A stretch of 64,000 bases of DNA from contig NC_133621.1 of the NCBI RefSeq assembly GCF_048593235.1, forward strand, positions 304,987,146 to 305,051,145, read 5' to 3'. The notes below the pieces were generated by a model. It did not search any database. It was given only the letters and a program-made list of their open reading frames with translations, and was not told the origin of the DNA. This stretch comes from Sminthopsis crassicaudata. Taxonomy: Eukaryota. The position numbers were made by a program, and so were the translations under genes. Position 1 is the stretch's first letter; the number at the start of each line of letters is the position of its first letter. Below are positions 1 to 11,659 of this stretch, piece after piece.

Positions 1-3000
1 CCTCACAGCTGGGGGCAGGTATTGGAGCTGGGGAGGCCTTCTGATCCAGGGGGAGGACAGGTCTTTGACCAGCTCTGTCGTATGAGGGGCTGGGCCTTAG
101 GTAATGTAGCAGGAAACATTATCCCTGAAGAGGGTGGAGGTAAAGAGATGGTAAAGGGGAGGGGGGAATAATACAGGGAAAAGGGGAGAGCAGCAATGGG
201 CTGAGGGTAAGGGAAGGAGGCCCCCAGAGCTGAGACACAGTTTTTAATTGCCTGAGTCCTGGGAGGAGCGCACCTCCTTCTTGCTGGCTTATCCTAGACA
301 AGGAATTTCCAAGTGTCTCTCAGGAAAGGAAGGGTTGGACTCGCTGGCCTTAAGTCAGTGCTCCCACGGCATTTCCCAATGCCCTAAGGGAGCCAAGGGT
401 GCCCCCACATCCCACCTGATACCTCCACGGTCCCCCAGGGTACAGTGGGCTGAGGCACGCCAGACCTACTTCAGCACAGGAAAGAATAAGGCTTCCTTGG
501 AGGCCATCGAGAAGGCAGCCTTCTTCGTGACCCTGGATGAAGAGTCCCATGGCTATGACCCTGATGATGAGGCCAGCCTCAGCCTCTATGGGAAGGCTCT
601 GCTTCATGGCAACTGTTATAACAGGTACTGATCCCCCGTTCCAGCCTCCTGCCTTCCCCTTTGCAGTTCCCCCCCTTCCAGTGCCTGCTCCCTCCACCCT
701 GGCTTCCATCGCCGCCTCCTGCCACTCAGCCTGCTCTGTGTCCCCCTGTCCTTTTTTGACATCAGGTGGTTTGATAAGTCCTTCACCCTCGTTGCTTTCA
801 AGAATGGCAAACTGGGCCTCAATACTGAGCATGCCTGGGCAGACGCTCCCATTGTTGGGCACCTCTGGGAGGTAAGGAGGCCCCGGGCCCCGGGCGGTGA
901 CGGGGAAAGGGCTGCTTCACTTGTATCGCTTAGACCACCCTCTTCTGCAGTTTGTGTTAGCCACCGATGCCTTCCACCTGGACTACAATGAGTCTGGTCA
1001 TTGCCAGGGTAAACCTAATCATTCCCTGGCCCCACCTCAGAGGCTGCAGTGGGAAATCCCCGAGGAGGTAGGTGGGAGACCCGGGGGAAGGGGAGTGCTC
1101 TGGATGGGAGCTGAAGGCCCTTTCCCGGCACCGTTCTCACCAATCGGGGAATGGGGCCTGTGGCCAGGCCAGAAGCTGGGAGCACCGAGGGCCGGGTCCT
1201 GGCCTCCTGTGGGATGCGCGTGGGTCGAGTGGGGGCTGATCTTCTGCCTCCACACAGTGCCAGAAGATCATCGAGAACTCGTACGAGGTGGCCAAGGCTC
1301 TGGCGGATGATGTGGAGTTGTACTGCTTCCAGTTCTTGCCCTTTGGCAAGGGCCTCATCAAGAAGTGCCGTTCCAGCCCTGATGCCTTCGTGCAGATCGC
1401 CCTGCAGCTGGCCCATTTCCGGGTAAGAGCCCTCCCTGCTTCCCAAGACCACCGGCGGTGGGGGGATCGTCCAGGGGAGGGGAGCTGGACGCTGCCCTGA
1501 GAAGGGCCCCGACATTTATGCTCCCTTCAGGACAAAGGCAATTTCTGTCTGACCTACGAGGCTTCGATGACACGGATGTTCCGGGATGGCAGGACAGAAA
1601 CCGTGCGATCCTGTACCTCTGAGGCCACGGCCTTCGTCCGGGCCATGACGGACTCTGGGTACATGGTGAGTGCCGGCCTGGGTGAGGGCTGGGGGCTGCG
1701 GCCTTCCTGGAGGCCTAACCGGCCCCTCTTCCTGTGCGCCCCCGCAGAAGCCAGACCTCCAGGATCTCTTCCGCAAAGCTGCCGAAAAGCACCAACACTT
1801 GTATCGCCTGGCCATGACTGGGGCTGGCATTGACCGGCACCTGTTCTGCCTGTATGTAGTTTCCAAGTACCTGGGCCTCCACTCCCCTTTCCTGGCCCAG
1901 GTGAGTGACCACTGCCAGGCTCTTGGGGAGGCGCCTTGGAGCTTCAGCTTGCCCAGTCCACCTCCACTGTCCCTTCCCTCTGCCTCAGGTCCTCTCGGAG
2001 CCATGGAGACTCTCCACCAGCCAGACGGCCCAGTTCCAAATCCGCATGTTTGACCCAGAGAAGTACCCCAACCACTTGGCAGCTGGAGGGGGCTTTGGCC
2101 CAGTGAGTGACCCACAGGGATCAGGGGAGGGGGTGCGTGCTGTGCCTGCAGGGCTGCTGACAGCAGCAGCAGTCAGCCATTCCCAGGATACAGGCCCCTT
2201 TCTGCTCCAAGCCGGCACCACCTAGGCCCTGCCCTGCCAGCGGGCCCTCCTCTCCCCTTTCCTAGGCCGAAAAGCTCTTGGGGTTTAGATGTGACATGCA
2301 GGGGCGCCGCCTCCTAAAGGTTCCTCTTAAAATGTGACGTGGTCTCAGAAGGGCGGGATCAGAGAGACTGGTTCTCTTCCATCACTGTTGTCAAATTAGT
2401 AGCTCCTTCCTGGGAAGCAGGATGGCTGAGTGTTGACAGCTTGAGGCCCCTGCCCCTCTGGGAGGGGGGGGGGGGCTTGTCCCATGGCAAGAGTCAGGGC
2501 ACGACTGGCTGTCTCTTGATGCTGGGCTGAGCCTGCGGTGTTCGGCCGAGCGAGGCCGGGCCAGGGGCCGGCCCAAATTCCAGCCCCCAGGTTCTCACTT
2601 CCTGCACTCCTCCTTCCCCTCGGTGCCTGCAGGTAGCTGATGATGGGTATGGGGTTTCTTACATGATTGCTGGTGAAAACACCATCTTCTTCCACATCTC
2701 CAGCAAGTTCTCAAGTTCAGAAACGGTGAGTTCAGTGCCGAGCCTGGCACGTGGCAGCTGGGGGTGTGGGCCGGGGATGCCCGGCCTGGAGCAGCGGTGG
2801 GCCCCGGTGTCCGTGGGGATCAGGAACAGGTTGCGAGGGCTGGTGGGCTTGGGGCAGTGCGGGAGCCAGGCCCATCTGGCAGCTGGGGGGTCACGGGGCA
2901 TTATGGGAGCGCAGACATAACCCTGCCGCGGGGGCGGGGAATGCCCGGGGTGGCCTCGCAGTGACCGGGAGCTCTGCCCGCAGAATGCCCAGCGCTTCGG

Positions 3001-3073
3001 GAATCATATCCACCAAGCTCTCGAGGACATCGCCGCTCTTTTTGAGCTTCCTGCCCCTAAGCCAGAGAGCTGA
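1..3073 (+). CDS. CPT1B: Carnitine O-palmitoyltransferase 1, muscle isoform; 3' part (last 10 coding exons, 5' part outside window)
   Basis: GT-AG exons: 1-18 (partial, LTAGG), 439-624, 766-871, 951-1067, 1258-1422, 1531-1665, 1748-1900, 1989-2102, 2633-2725, 2984-3073 (TGA 3071-3073). Phases join in frame. Translation has the catalytic [10 protein letters not shown], plus [47 protein letters not shown] and [16 protein letters not shown], matching CPT1B as I recall it. Confidence 0.97.
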
Positions 3074-3301
3074 GACTGGAGAAGGTGGCCAGCTGCCCTT
3101 CCCCCGCCCCTGTCCCAGTGGCAGGAAGGGAGGGGCCTGTGGCTGGCTCCAGGGAGAGGCGGGCAGCCGGAGCCCATGAGCCCGCCTCGGAGAGCAAGGC
3201 CCCTCCACCACCTGGCCAGACACTGTCCCCTGACAATAGAGGCGCAGGGAGCGGGGGTGATGGGGGTGGGAACAGAATTTGTATTTTTTTCAGTAGATGT
3301 T

Positions 3302-3307
3302 AATAAA
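3302..3307 (+). terminator. Polyadenylation signal of CPT1B (second AATAAA at 3527-3532)
   Basis: AATAAA 229 nt after the stop codon. Confidence 0.7.
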
Positions 3308-3699
3308 GATAAGACTCTTTGTGGAATTCTGTCCTAACCATTAGGTAACAAGACTTTGGTTTCTGTATAGTGTGTGAGCTGAGCACCTAGGGGGCCAGCC
3401 CCCACGAGACACAGTGGGAGGGGGATGGTGGGGCCGAGCGAGGTGAGACGAGGGCTCGTGGCCGTCCCTGGACTGGTCCCCAGACTGAGTGTGTGCTGCG
3501 GTGCTCGTGCCCAGGGTTACACTTTCAATAAACACTCATGTTACAGAACACTCGCCTGTCTCGTCTCCGTGTGTTCCCGCTCTGCCCGCCCCTCCCCCCA
3601 CACGTGACTGAGGACCCGGGTGGGAAATAGGAAGCGCTGGGCCTGAGGGAAGGTCCAAGCGGCTCGGAGAGACCTCAGCCCAGGCGTTTATTAGGCACC

Positions 3700-4700
3700 A
3701 TGGAGTACTAACCTAACCGGGGGTGCTTAAATCTGCAGACAGCCCACGGGGCAGAGTTAAGGAGTTTAGCCGCGGAGGGAGCCCGGGGGAGGCCACGGGA
3801 AGGCCCCAGTGTCGGAGGCCGCCTGCAGGATGCGCAGGAGAGCGGGGAGGGGGGCGAGACGCCGGAATGGCCGCTCCCACTTGTGGAGGCCTGCGCCAGG
3901 AAGCCTGCGGTCACACTAGTTCTCCCCCCGGGGGGACCCCGCCCCCACCTTGCTCAGTCCCGTCCCCCTCCTTCGAGGTTCGCACTTCCCTCACACAAAC
4001 GACGAGGCCGAGGCAGATGGGTGAGTGACTCGCCCAGGGCACGCGGCCAGGGAGCGCGAGGTCAGGCCCGAACCTCGTGACTCCGGCCCCGGCTACAGCT
4101 GCCCCTTCTCCCCTCCCCCACCTGACGGACGAGGTAACGGGCTCGGAGCGGTGACGGGGCCCAAGCACGGGAGCCCGGCGCGGTACCAGCGCTCCAGCGC
4201 CCCTGGCTGGCCCGAGCATAAAGCCGAGCGGAGCACGCGGCCCGGGCCCCTATTGCTCGTAGGGGAAAGCTGAGGAGGGATCCGGGCCGCAAGGGGCTGT
4301 GGGCGCGCAAGAGCAAAGGGCCGTGGGCGTGGTCATTGCCCGGGGCGAGGCCGCAGCAGGTGTGGGCGGGGTTCTGGGCCTCGGGCGTCCTGAGCATGGA
4401 TGCGCCTGCGCAGAGGGCGACGCTGGAAGCGCAGCGAGTACGCCTTGCCAGGGGCGGGGCTGGGAGCGGCGACGGAGCAGGCGCGGATGGTTCTGCTCGT
4501 GGGGCGGGGCGGCGCGATTTCGGCGGGAGCCGAGCGGGTGGGTGGGGCGGGGCCGGACAGGGCGGGGCCGCTAGTAACGGCCGGGGCGGGGCCGCGGTGA
4601 GAAGAGTCCGGCGGGAGCCGCCCCATGAGCCCGCCCGGAGGCGGTGGTGAGAGGGGGAGCTGGGCCCGCCGGGGCGCGCCCCCCACCCCGGCCACGCCCT
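3700..4700. promoter_or_regulatory. CpG island, putative SYCE3 promoter and non-coding exon 1
   Basis: CpG-dense, with GGGGCGGGGC boxes (about 4545-4554 and 4583-4592), TAACGG at 4135 and 4575, and GGCGGGA at 4522 and 4610. Candidate donors GTGAGA at 4597 and 4647. Lies upstream of the first SYCE3 coding exon. Confidence 0.65.
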
Positions 4701-5414
4701 CTGATCCCTCGACGGGCGTGACCTTTGACCCGTCCCCAGTCCCCCCCAGACGACCCCCAACGCTCTTCAGACTATCCAGGGCCTCTCCTCAGACTTCCTC
4801 TTCACCCCTCCCGAACACCTCTAACCCCCACTAATGACCCGAGCCCCGCCCCCCGGCACACCCCAACGCCCCTCAGACCATCCGGGACCCCTCCTCAGAT
4901 GTCGCCCCCAAGACGCCCCCTCCCCCATAATGACCTGAGGACCGCCAGACCCCTCCCAACGCTCCTCAGACGGCCCGGGACCCCTCCTCAGACTTCCTCT
5001 TCGCTCTCCCCAGAGCCCCCCACAGAGAACCGCTGCCCTACCCCTCAAGGCCCACACCCAAAACCTCGCACCGCTCTTCAGTTACCTGCCCCCCCCCTCC
5101 CAAGAGCGGGCCTCCCCCCCACTTCTTCCCCCTGCTTCCCTCACAAGGAATTGCTCCCCTCTTGCCCCACCCATCCCAGATCCCCAGACCCTCTTCAGAT
5201 GCCCCCTGAAGGCACTGACTGCCCACCCCTCAGAACCCCCTCCCCCACAGAGAGCCGCTCCCCTAGGCTTGTCCCCTCAGGTTCCCCTCCCCCTCCCCGG
5301 GAGCTGCCCCTGGTCCCAGACCCCCTCTTGTGCCCCCCCCTTCCCTCCCATCTTCCAGTCCTGGGCGGGGCCCTTCCTTGGACCCCAGGGTGAATGTTCC
5401 TGTCCCACCCCCAG

Positions 5415-8400
5415 ATGGCTGAGTCCGATCCTGGGGACAGAAACTATGACAACATGCTGAAGATGCTGTCGGACCTGAACAAGGACCTGGAGAAGCTGCT
5501 GGAGGAGATGGAGAAGATATCCGGTATGGGGGCAGCTGGGAGCGCCTCCCCCCCCTCTCCCCTCCCCCTTCCCCTCCCCCTCCCCTTTCCCCTCCCCCTC
5601 CCTCCCACTTCTGCCCGGGCTCCCTCTCCCCCGTGGGGATTACTGACCCACTGACCGCTCTGGGTGGAATCACTTACTGGGTGTAGATGCTCACTGAGCT
5701 TGAATCTTTTAAAGGAAACCGCGGGGGCGGAGAGCGGGGCGGGCCGCTGGGTGCCCCAGGCTTCCCGGGGGAGCCGGGACGAGTGGCAGTCACAGCTGCT
5801 GTGAGGGCAGGGGGCCGGCGGAGGGCGCGAGGGCCGCAGCCCTTGGCCTGGTTGGTGGGGGGAGGGAGCCCAGGAGGAGCCCCCCAGCGTCCGCACAAAA
5901 AAGCCCTGGAGGCCTTCCTGACCACTGCGCTTCCCCCCTTCAGTCCCATCCCTGGAGCCAGCCCCAGCCCAGCAAACCCCCCGCAGGGGTGGGGAGAGCA
6001 CGGACCCCTGGGGGCCGCTCACGTTTCTGAGTTCAGACCCCGGGCAAGGCTCTGTAGCCAACTCCTCCAGCGTCTTTGGCAAGGAAACCCAAAGGGGGCA
6101 CCCCACCGGCACTGTGCTAAGTGCTCCAGGATTTTGTCCTTCACCACCCCGGGAGATAGGGGCGGTTATCACCCCCGTTTTACAGATGAGGAACTGAGGC
6201 AATCGGCAGTGACATCCCCCAGCTAGGAGGCTCCGCCCTCAGCAGCAGCCGGGATTGTGGTGCATAAAAGCCGCAGCTGGAAGGTGGAGGGGCTGCAGGA
6301 GGAGGGGGACGTGGCGGGAGTACTCTGCTCCGTCCCCTGGGAGGTTCTTAGGACAAAGTGAGGTCTCAGCATTCTGACCCACAGGGGGCTTTCCTGAGCC
6401 GGCCCCCCCACCCCGGAACTCTCTCCGGGGGGCTTTGGTCACTAATTTCCTTTCCGGCCAGACCGTCTTCAAAGGCTTTGGGCCAGCGGCCCGAAACTGT
6501 TCTTTCCTCCCTTCTCCCCGTCCTTCCTTCCGCAGCCGTGCCCATTCCCTCCTCTAGATCAGCCTCGGCTTTGCCGCCTTGCCCCCGCCTTCCCGTTGGC
6601 TGGCCAGCCTCGCCAGCCTCGCCAGCCGCTCTTCCCCGACCTCCTAAGGGGAGGGCTTACCCAGGGCTTCTCTTCCTCCTCACATTCTGCCCTCCGAGGT
6701 CTCCCTGGCCTTCATGGCGGAAGCTGACTCTCCAGCCAGCTCCACCCAGAAGCCCCCTGGGCTCCTCCCGGGGTCATTATCTGGCGGTCCCACGGGCACC
6801 TTGAATGCCCCAAATGGAGCCTGCTAACGCCTTCTCTTCCCGCCTGTGCCGGCACCCGCGCTCCCGCGCTCTTCACTTAGGACTTGATTCTCCTGGCTAT
6901 CCCACCGTGAGGACGGGGCATTAGCAGCTCCTTCCCCGGTTCAGGGGCCTCTTCACTGCCCCGCCCGACTCCCACCAGGAAGACTCCAAGCGCCATCGAA
7001 ACTCCTTTTGAGCCAGACCCTCTCCCCTGGGGAGCAGCAGCGTTAGAGAAAGGAAGTGAAAAAACAGCCCTCTGCACCCTCTGAAGATTAGGGCCCGCGT
7101 GAAAGGGGAGGAAAGGACTCCCGCCACCAAGGCTTTTCACCTCCCTAGAAAAGACCCCACCTCCAGGAAGCCCGAAGCAGCCTCGGCTTTCCCTCCTTAA
7201 CTCATCTGGGACATGAGGGGACGGTTTCTGAACTAGACTTTCCATGGCACACTGTGTGGGACAGTAAGCTGTGCTGGCACTTTTATCAGACCATCTTCTC
7301 TGCACCTGGGACTGGGTATATCCCAACTCCCTTTCTCACCCCCAAACATCTGGTGCTTCTGTGATCTCTAATGTAGTTTAGGGTTTGCTACAGTGGCGGG
7401 GAGGCTCTCCACCCACACCTCCTCCTCGGGGGTCCACATCCTGCCATAAATCTTCCAAAGGGTTCCTTCCAGAATTCCAGAGTTCTTGCTTCTAGACTTC
7501 TGACATACTGGGGGTTCCAGGGGTCGCCTCAGTCTCTCTACAGTTCGTTTTCTCAGTCATAAATCAATGTGATACTATCATTTACACCCCTTCCCCTGTG
7601 TAATGCTTCACTGGGAATGTCTGGCTTCCTTGTGCCCACCGTTTCCACCATTGCCAATGCCCTTTGCGGGAGGGAGGGGCTTGCAGGGGCCAGAGACCAC
7701 GAGTCCCTCCCCGTTCAGCATTACTGACAGAATATTAGACACGAGAATGAGCTGGGATTTCAAGACCCAGCTTTAGAGAATCCAATCCAGTTGATCCAAC
7801 TCCAGGTCTGTTAAAGGTATGGACTTTAATCTAGTGGCCATAGAGTATGGAGGACACAGGTGTCCCGTTTGTCTTCCTGCCACCTGGGGTCTCGGAGTTG
7901 GCTCTGGAGCCCGGAGATGGGCCTGGGCAGCCCGAGGCTTTGAGGGTGGAAAATGGTCAAGGGGAAGAAGAAGGCCTGACCAGACTGCAGAGCCCAAGGT
8001 TGGCTTAGCTGCTCCCACCAATGGTCCGGTTTAAAGGGTGGAGCGGGACGGGGCAAGGCAGACTGGCAGCTGGCTAGGGAAGAGAAGGGCGGCCCTGCGG
8101 AGTGCCCGTCTCAGCCTGGAGCGAGTGCTCCTGTTTTGTTCCCTGCCTCGCATCCTCCATGGCAGCAGCAAACAAATCTCCATCTGGCCAAGTCTAAAAA
8201 GCTCACGTCTCATTCTGGATTCTGTGACGCGAGTAATCCTAGCTCGGGATTGGGTTAGAGTCTAAAGCCTTTCAAAGTTGCTTTTCTCTTATGTTGCTGG
8301 CATTGTATGGATTGTTCTCTTACGTTTGCTTTATTCACTCTAACTCGGTTCATAGAAATCTAACTAGTTTTCTTTGAACTTGTCCATTTTCTTATTTCTT

Positions 8401-10880
8401 GTGGCACATTCTATACTATTCACAATTTCAGAATTCATTTAGCTGTTTCCAGGAGGAGCTCATCCCTTAGTTTCCAGTAAGGCCTGCTATAAATATTTTT
8501 GTTCACGAGTCCCTTTCATCTTCCTTGGATCTTATTAGGCTAAATACCTAGCAATAATAATGTAGGGTCAGAGGATATGCAGAATTCATTGACCTTGAGG
8601 AACAGTTCCAAATTTCTAGAATGGTTAAACCGATTCATAGATCCACAACAATGCATATATGTCTTTTTCCTACAGCCCTTCCCACATTTGTCATTTTCCT
8701 CTCATCTTTGTGAAACTAATGGGTATGAAGCAGAATTTGGGTTTTTTAATCTGAATTTTTCTGTAAGTGATTTGGAACATTTTTTGGATGGCTAATCATA
8801 GCTTGAACTTTCTTATCTTGAAAAACTACTTGTTGATATCCATGATCAGTTTTTTCTATTGAGGAATGGCTTTTAGTTTCACAAAAAAAAAAAAAATTGA
8901 TTAAGTCTCTTTTATGTCTTAGAAATTATACTTTTTTTTGCTGAGGCAGGTGAAGTTAAGGTTAATTCCACAACTAGGAAGCGTCTGAGATCAGATTTGA
9001 ACTCAGATCCTCCTGACTTCAGGGCTGGTGCTCTGCCCATTATGCCATCTAGCTGCCCCAGAAATTATACTTTTATCAGAGAAACTTGCCACTGATGTTT
9101 TCCCGGCTATCTGTTGCCCTTCTAATTTTAATTACATTAAATTTATTTGTGCAAAAACTTATTAATTTTATATCATCAAAATTATCCATTTTATTTGCTA
9201 TAACCCTATCACTTATTTAGTCATGAATTCTTTCCCTCTCCATTTGATTCTAGAGAGAATTTCCTTCTCCTCCATTTTGCTTCTGATTTCACCTTGTACG
9301 TCTTTTAAGTCCTGTATCCAGCTAGAGGTTATTTTTGGGTGTCTCACTGCTAGCACAGTTCTGGGCAGCTCACCCTAATTCTGACTCAGGTCTCTGACTC
9401 AAACATTCCCAGCCTTCAGTTCTTCCCACTTCATTTCTGCCAAAAACTCCTCTGAAGTTTTCTTTATAAAGGCTCCATTAATAGGTTCTGGTAAATATGA
9501 TCAAGCGCTTGTTCACCTCTTTCCCTCCTCCCTCCCAAGCCTGTGTTCCTCCCATCTTAGAATGTAGCCACTTCAGGAGGTTTTCCTAAGTGGGACAGAG
9601 CTGGTCCCCCCCCCCCTGGCGCTTTCAGTCAGATTCAGCTGGCCCACAAGCAGACGTCCTGCAGGTCCTGTGTATTCAAGTCAGTTGGTTGCTATTTACT
9701 GAGCAGCAATGTGGTACTTGTGCATTCTGCAGGTGAGCTCCCCCACCCAGCAGTGGTCCCCCCCTCTCTATGACCCATGGAGCAATAGGGGGTGGTTGTC
9801 ATAGTCGGGTATTTCTGGCCCTTCTTATATAGAAGAGAAGAAGGGTCTGTAATTCCCTGTACATCCATGAGGAAGAACTGAAATAGAACAACGGGACCCG
9901 TTATATCAGAGAAATGTAATATGGATAAAATTGAAAAGGGACAAATGAGTCAATTTAGTAGATTCAAAATAGTTTCCTAAACCTGGCATGTGGGGGGACA
10001 TAACTGAACAATATTTGGTATGGAAAAAGATCTGAGGATCATAGTGAAGCAGAAGCTTATTTGAAGACTATTAATGGTGGAAGTTGGGGGGGAGGCACTT
10101 GGGCTCAGCATGAGGCCATGTCCTTTCTAGCACGAAACCATAGAGAAATGAGAGGGGCAGTCCTCTGTGTGGCCCTAGACCTCCTAGGTCACAGTCGTAG
10201 GAGAGGTGGCAGAGCCTTTGTCAGGGAGGGCAGGAGACGTGGTCAGCCAGATGCCTTCTGCAGGGCCCCATCCCCAGGAATGGCATGGCAGGTGGTATCT
10301 GTGCTCTAGCTAGTCACCCGCCAGCTGGTGCATATCCTCAACTTCCCAGTGAGTAATTAGTATGGATAGCACTTTCTGCAAAATGCCCAGTGCACTTTGC
10401 AATTTCTGGCTCCAGGACATAGCCACTAGACTTTGGATTCAAATCCTGCTTCAGATAGTTAATCATTCAGTGATTCTGGGCAGGTTGTCGAGTGCCTAAG
10501 GTTCTCATCTGTAAAACGAGGGGCTCGAGCTGGATGGCCTCAAAGGCGGTCTCCAGTTCAGTTTTGACTTTCTGACTCGTTCATTCTCCTGTTGCGGAAA
10601 CAGTCGGGCACCTTCCCTGAGGCTCCCGGCTCTGCCAGCTCTGGGCAGACAACTTGGAAGCCGGATCCCGCCAGCCCTCCCGGGGGCCGCCCCCTCCTAA
10701 TAGCCCTGTCTGGTCATTGCAGTTCAGGCGACCTGGATGGCCTATGACATGGTGGTGATGCGCACCAACCCTGCCTTGGCGGACTCCATGCGGCGACTGG
10801 AAGATGCCTTCTTGAACTGCAAGGAGGAGATGGAGAAGAACTGGCAAGAACTGCTTAACGAAACCAAGCCCAAGCAATAG
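5415..10880 (+). CDS. SYCE3: Synaptonemal complex central element protein 3 (88 aa)
   Basis: Exons 5415-5523 (ccag|ATG ... TCC G|gtatgg) and 10723-10880 (tgcag|TT CAG ... CAA TAG), 267 nt in total: MAESDPGDRNYDNMLKMLSDLNKDLEKLLEEMEKISVQATWMAYDMVVMRTNPALADSMRRLEDAFLNCKEEMEKNWQELLNETKPKQ. Confidence 0.97.
8280..9330 (-). mobile_element. Old, degraded L1 fragments interrupted by a SINE (SYCE3 intron)
   Basis: AT-rich L1-like motifs such as ctgctataaatatttttgt and ctagcaataataatgtagggtcagaggatatgca; boundaries approximate. Confidence 0.5.
8936..9059 (-). mobile_element. WSINE1-like tRNA/CORE SINE with target-site duplication
   Basis: Reverse strand reads GGGGCAGCTAGATGGC...GTTCAAAT. TSD agaaattatactttt at 8921-8935 and 9060-9074. 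Confidence 0.8.
10380..10560 (+). mobile_element. MIR/CORE-SINE fragment
   Basis: ggattcaaatcctgcttcag...ctgggcagg...ctcatctgtaaaacgaggg CORE motif. Confidence 0.6.
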
Positions 10881-11126
10881 GCCATTCCCTCCAGGCCCCC
10901 TCCCTGCACCTCCGGGACCCAGACACCTCGAGAGGAGAATTGGGCCCTAGTTGGCTGAGAAGTAGACACCCCAATATATAGATGTACATACATAAGTGCT
11001 CACTGCCCAATGAAGGTATTTTCAAGCACACATCAGACTCTGGCTCTCTTTTGCGCGTTTGTCACCTAAGATACGCCCTGTCTTACATATAAAAACAGGA
11101 GATACTCATGCTTTCAGCAGCTGGGG

Positions 11127-11132
11127 TTTATT
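11127..11132 (-). terminator. Polyadenylation signal of KLHDC7B
   Basis: tttatt on + (AATAAA on -), about 530 nt past the KLHDC7B stop. Confidence 0.6.
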
Positions 11133-11659
11133 TGTGCCGGGGCCAGGCGGAGGAGGACGACAGACAGGCAGAAAGGGCCTGGGATGGGGGAGCAGGTTCC
11201 TTGGTTCAGTGACTGTTCTGCAGCCCGGCTCCCCTTTCAGATCCATCACCCCTTGGGTTTTGAAGATAGGCCAGAAGTGAAAACCAGACATGGGGGGGAG
11301 ACCCCACAAAACTGACTCCAAAGGGAAGCCCAAATGGGGACTCCCATGGAGACCAGGCCTGCCCTCAGGCTGCAGGATTGCCTCCTCCCTTCCCCTATTC
11401 TGGGAGCTGCTGCTTATCCAAGAAATTGAGGGCTCTCGAGGAGCAGAGACAACTTGTGTCAATGGATTCAAACCCAGCCTCCTTCCCCGGAGTCCCCCCG
11501 TGTGGCCCTGGCACCCGAGACACCTAGGAGGAGACAGCAGGTGGGGGGCATTTCAGGATGTTTGAGGAGGAAGGAGATTTCTAAGCACTCTTGGGGGGGG
11601 GGGTGTCTCAGGTCCTCACAGGGCTCGCCACCCAGTGCCAGCAGGTTTTTCTAGGAAGC

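Noticed and set aside
3700-5400. Many 60-230-aa Pro/Gly/Arg-rich ORFs in the CpG islands (also 29.5-32 kb, 55.3-56.2 kb and 60-63 kb)
   Set aside because: Stop-codon depletion in very GC-rich DNA; no recognisable homology or splice support.
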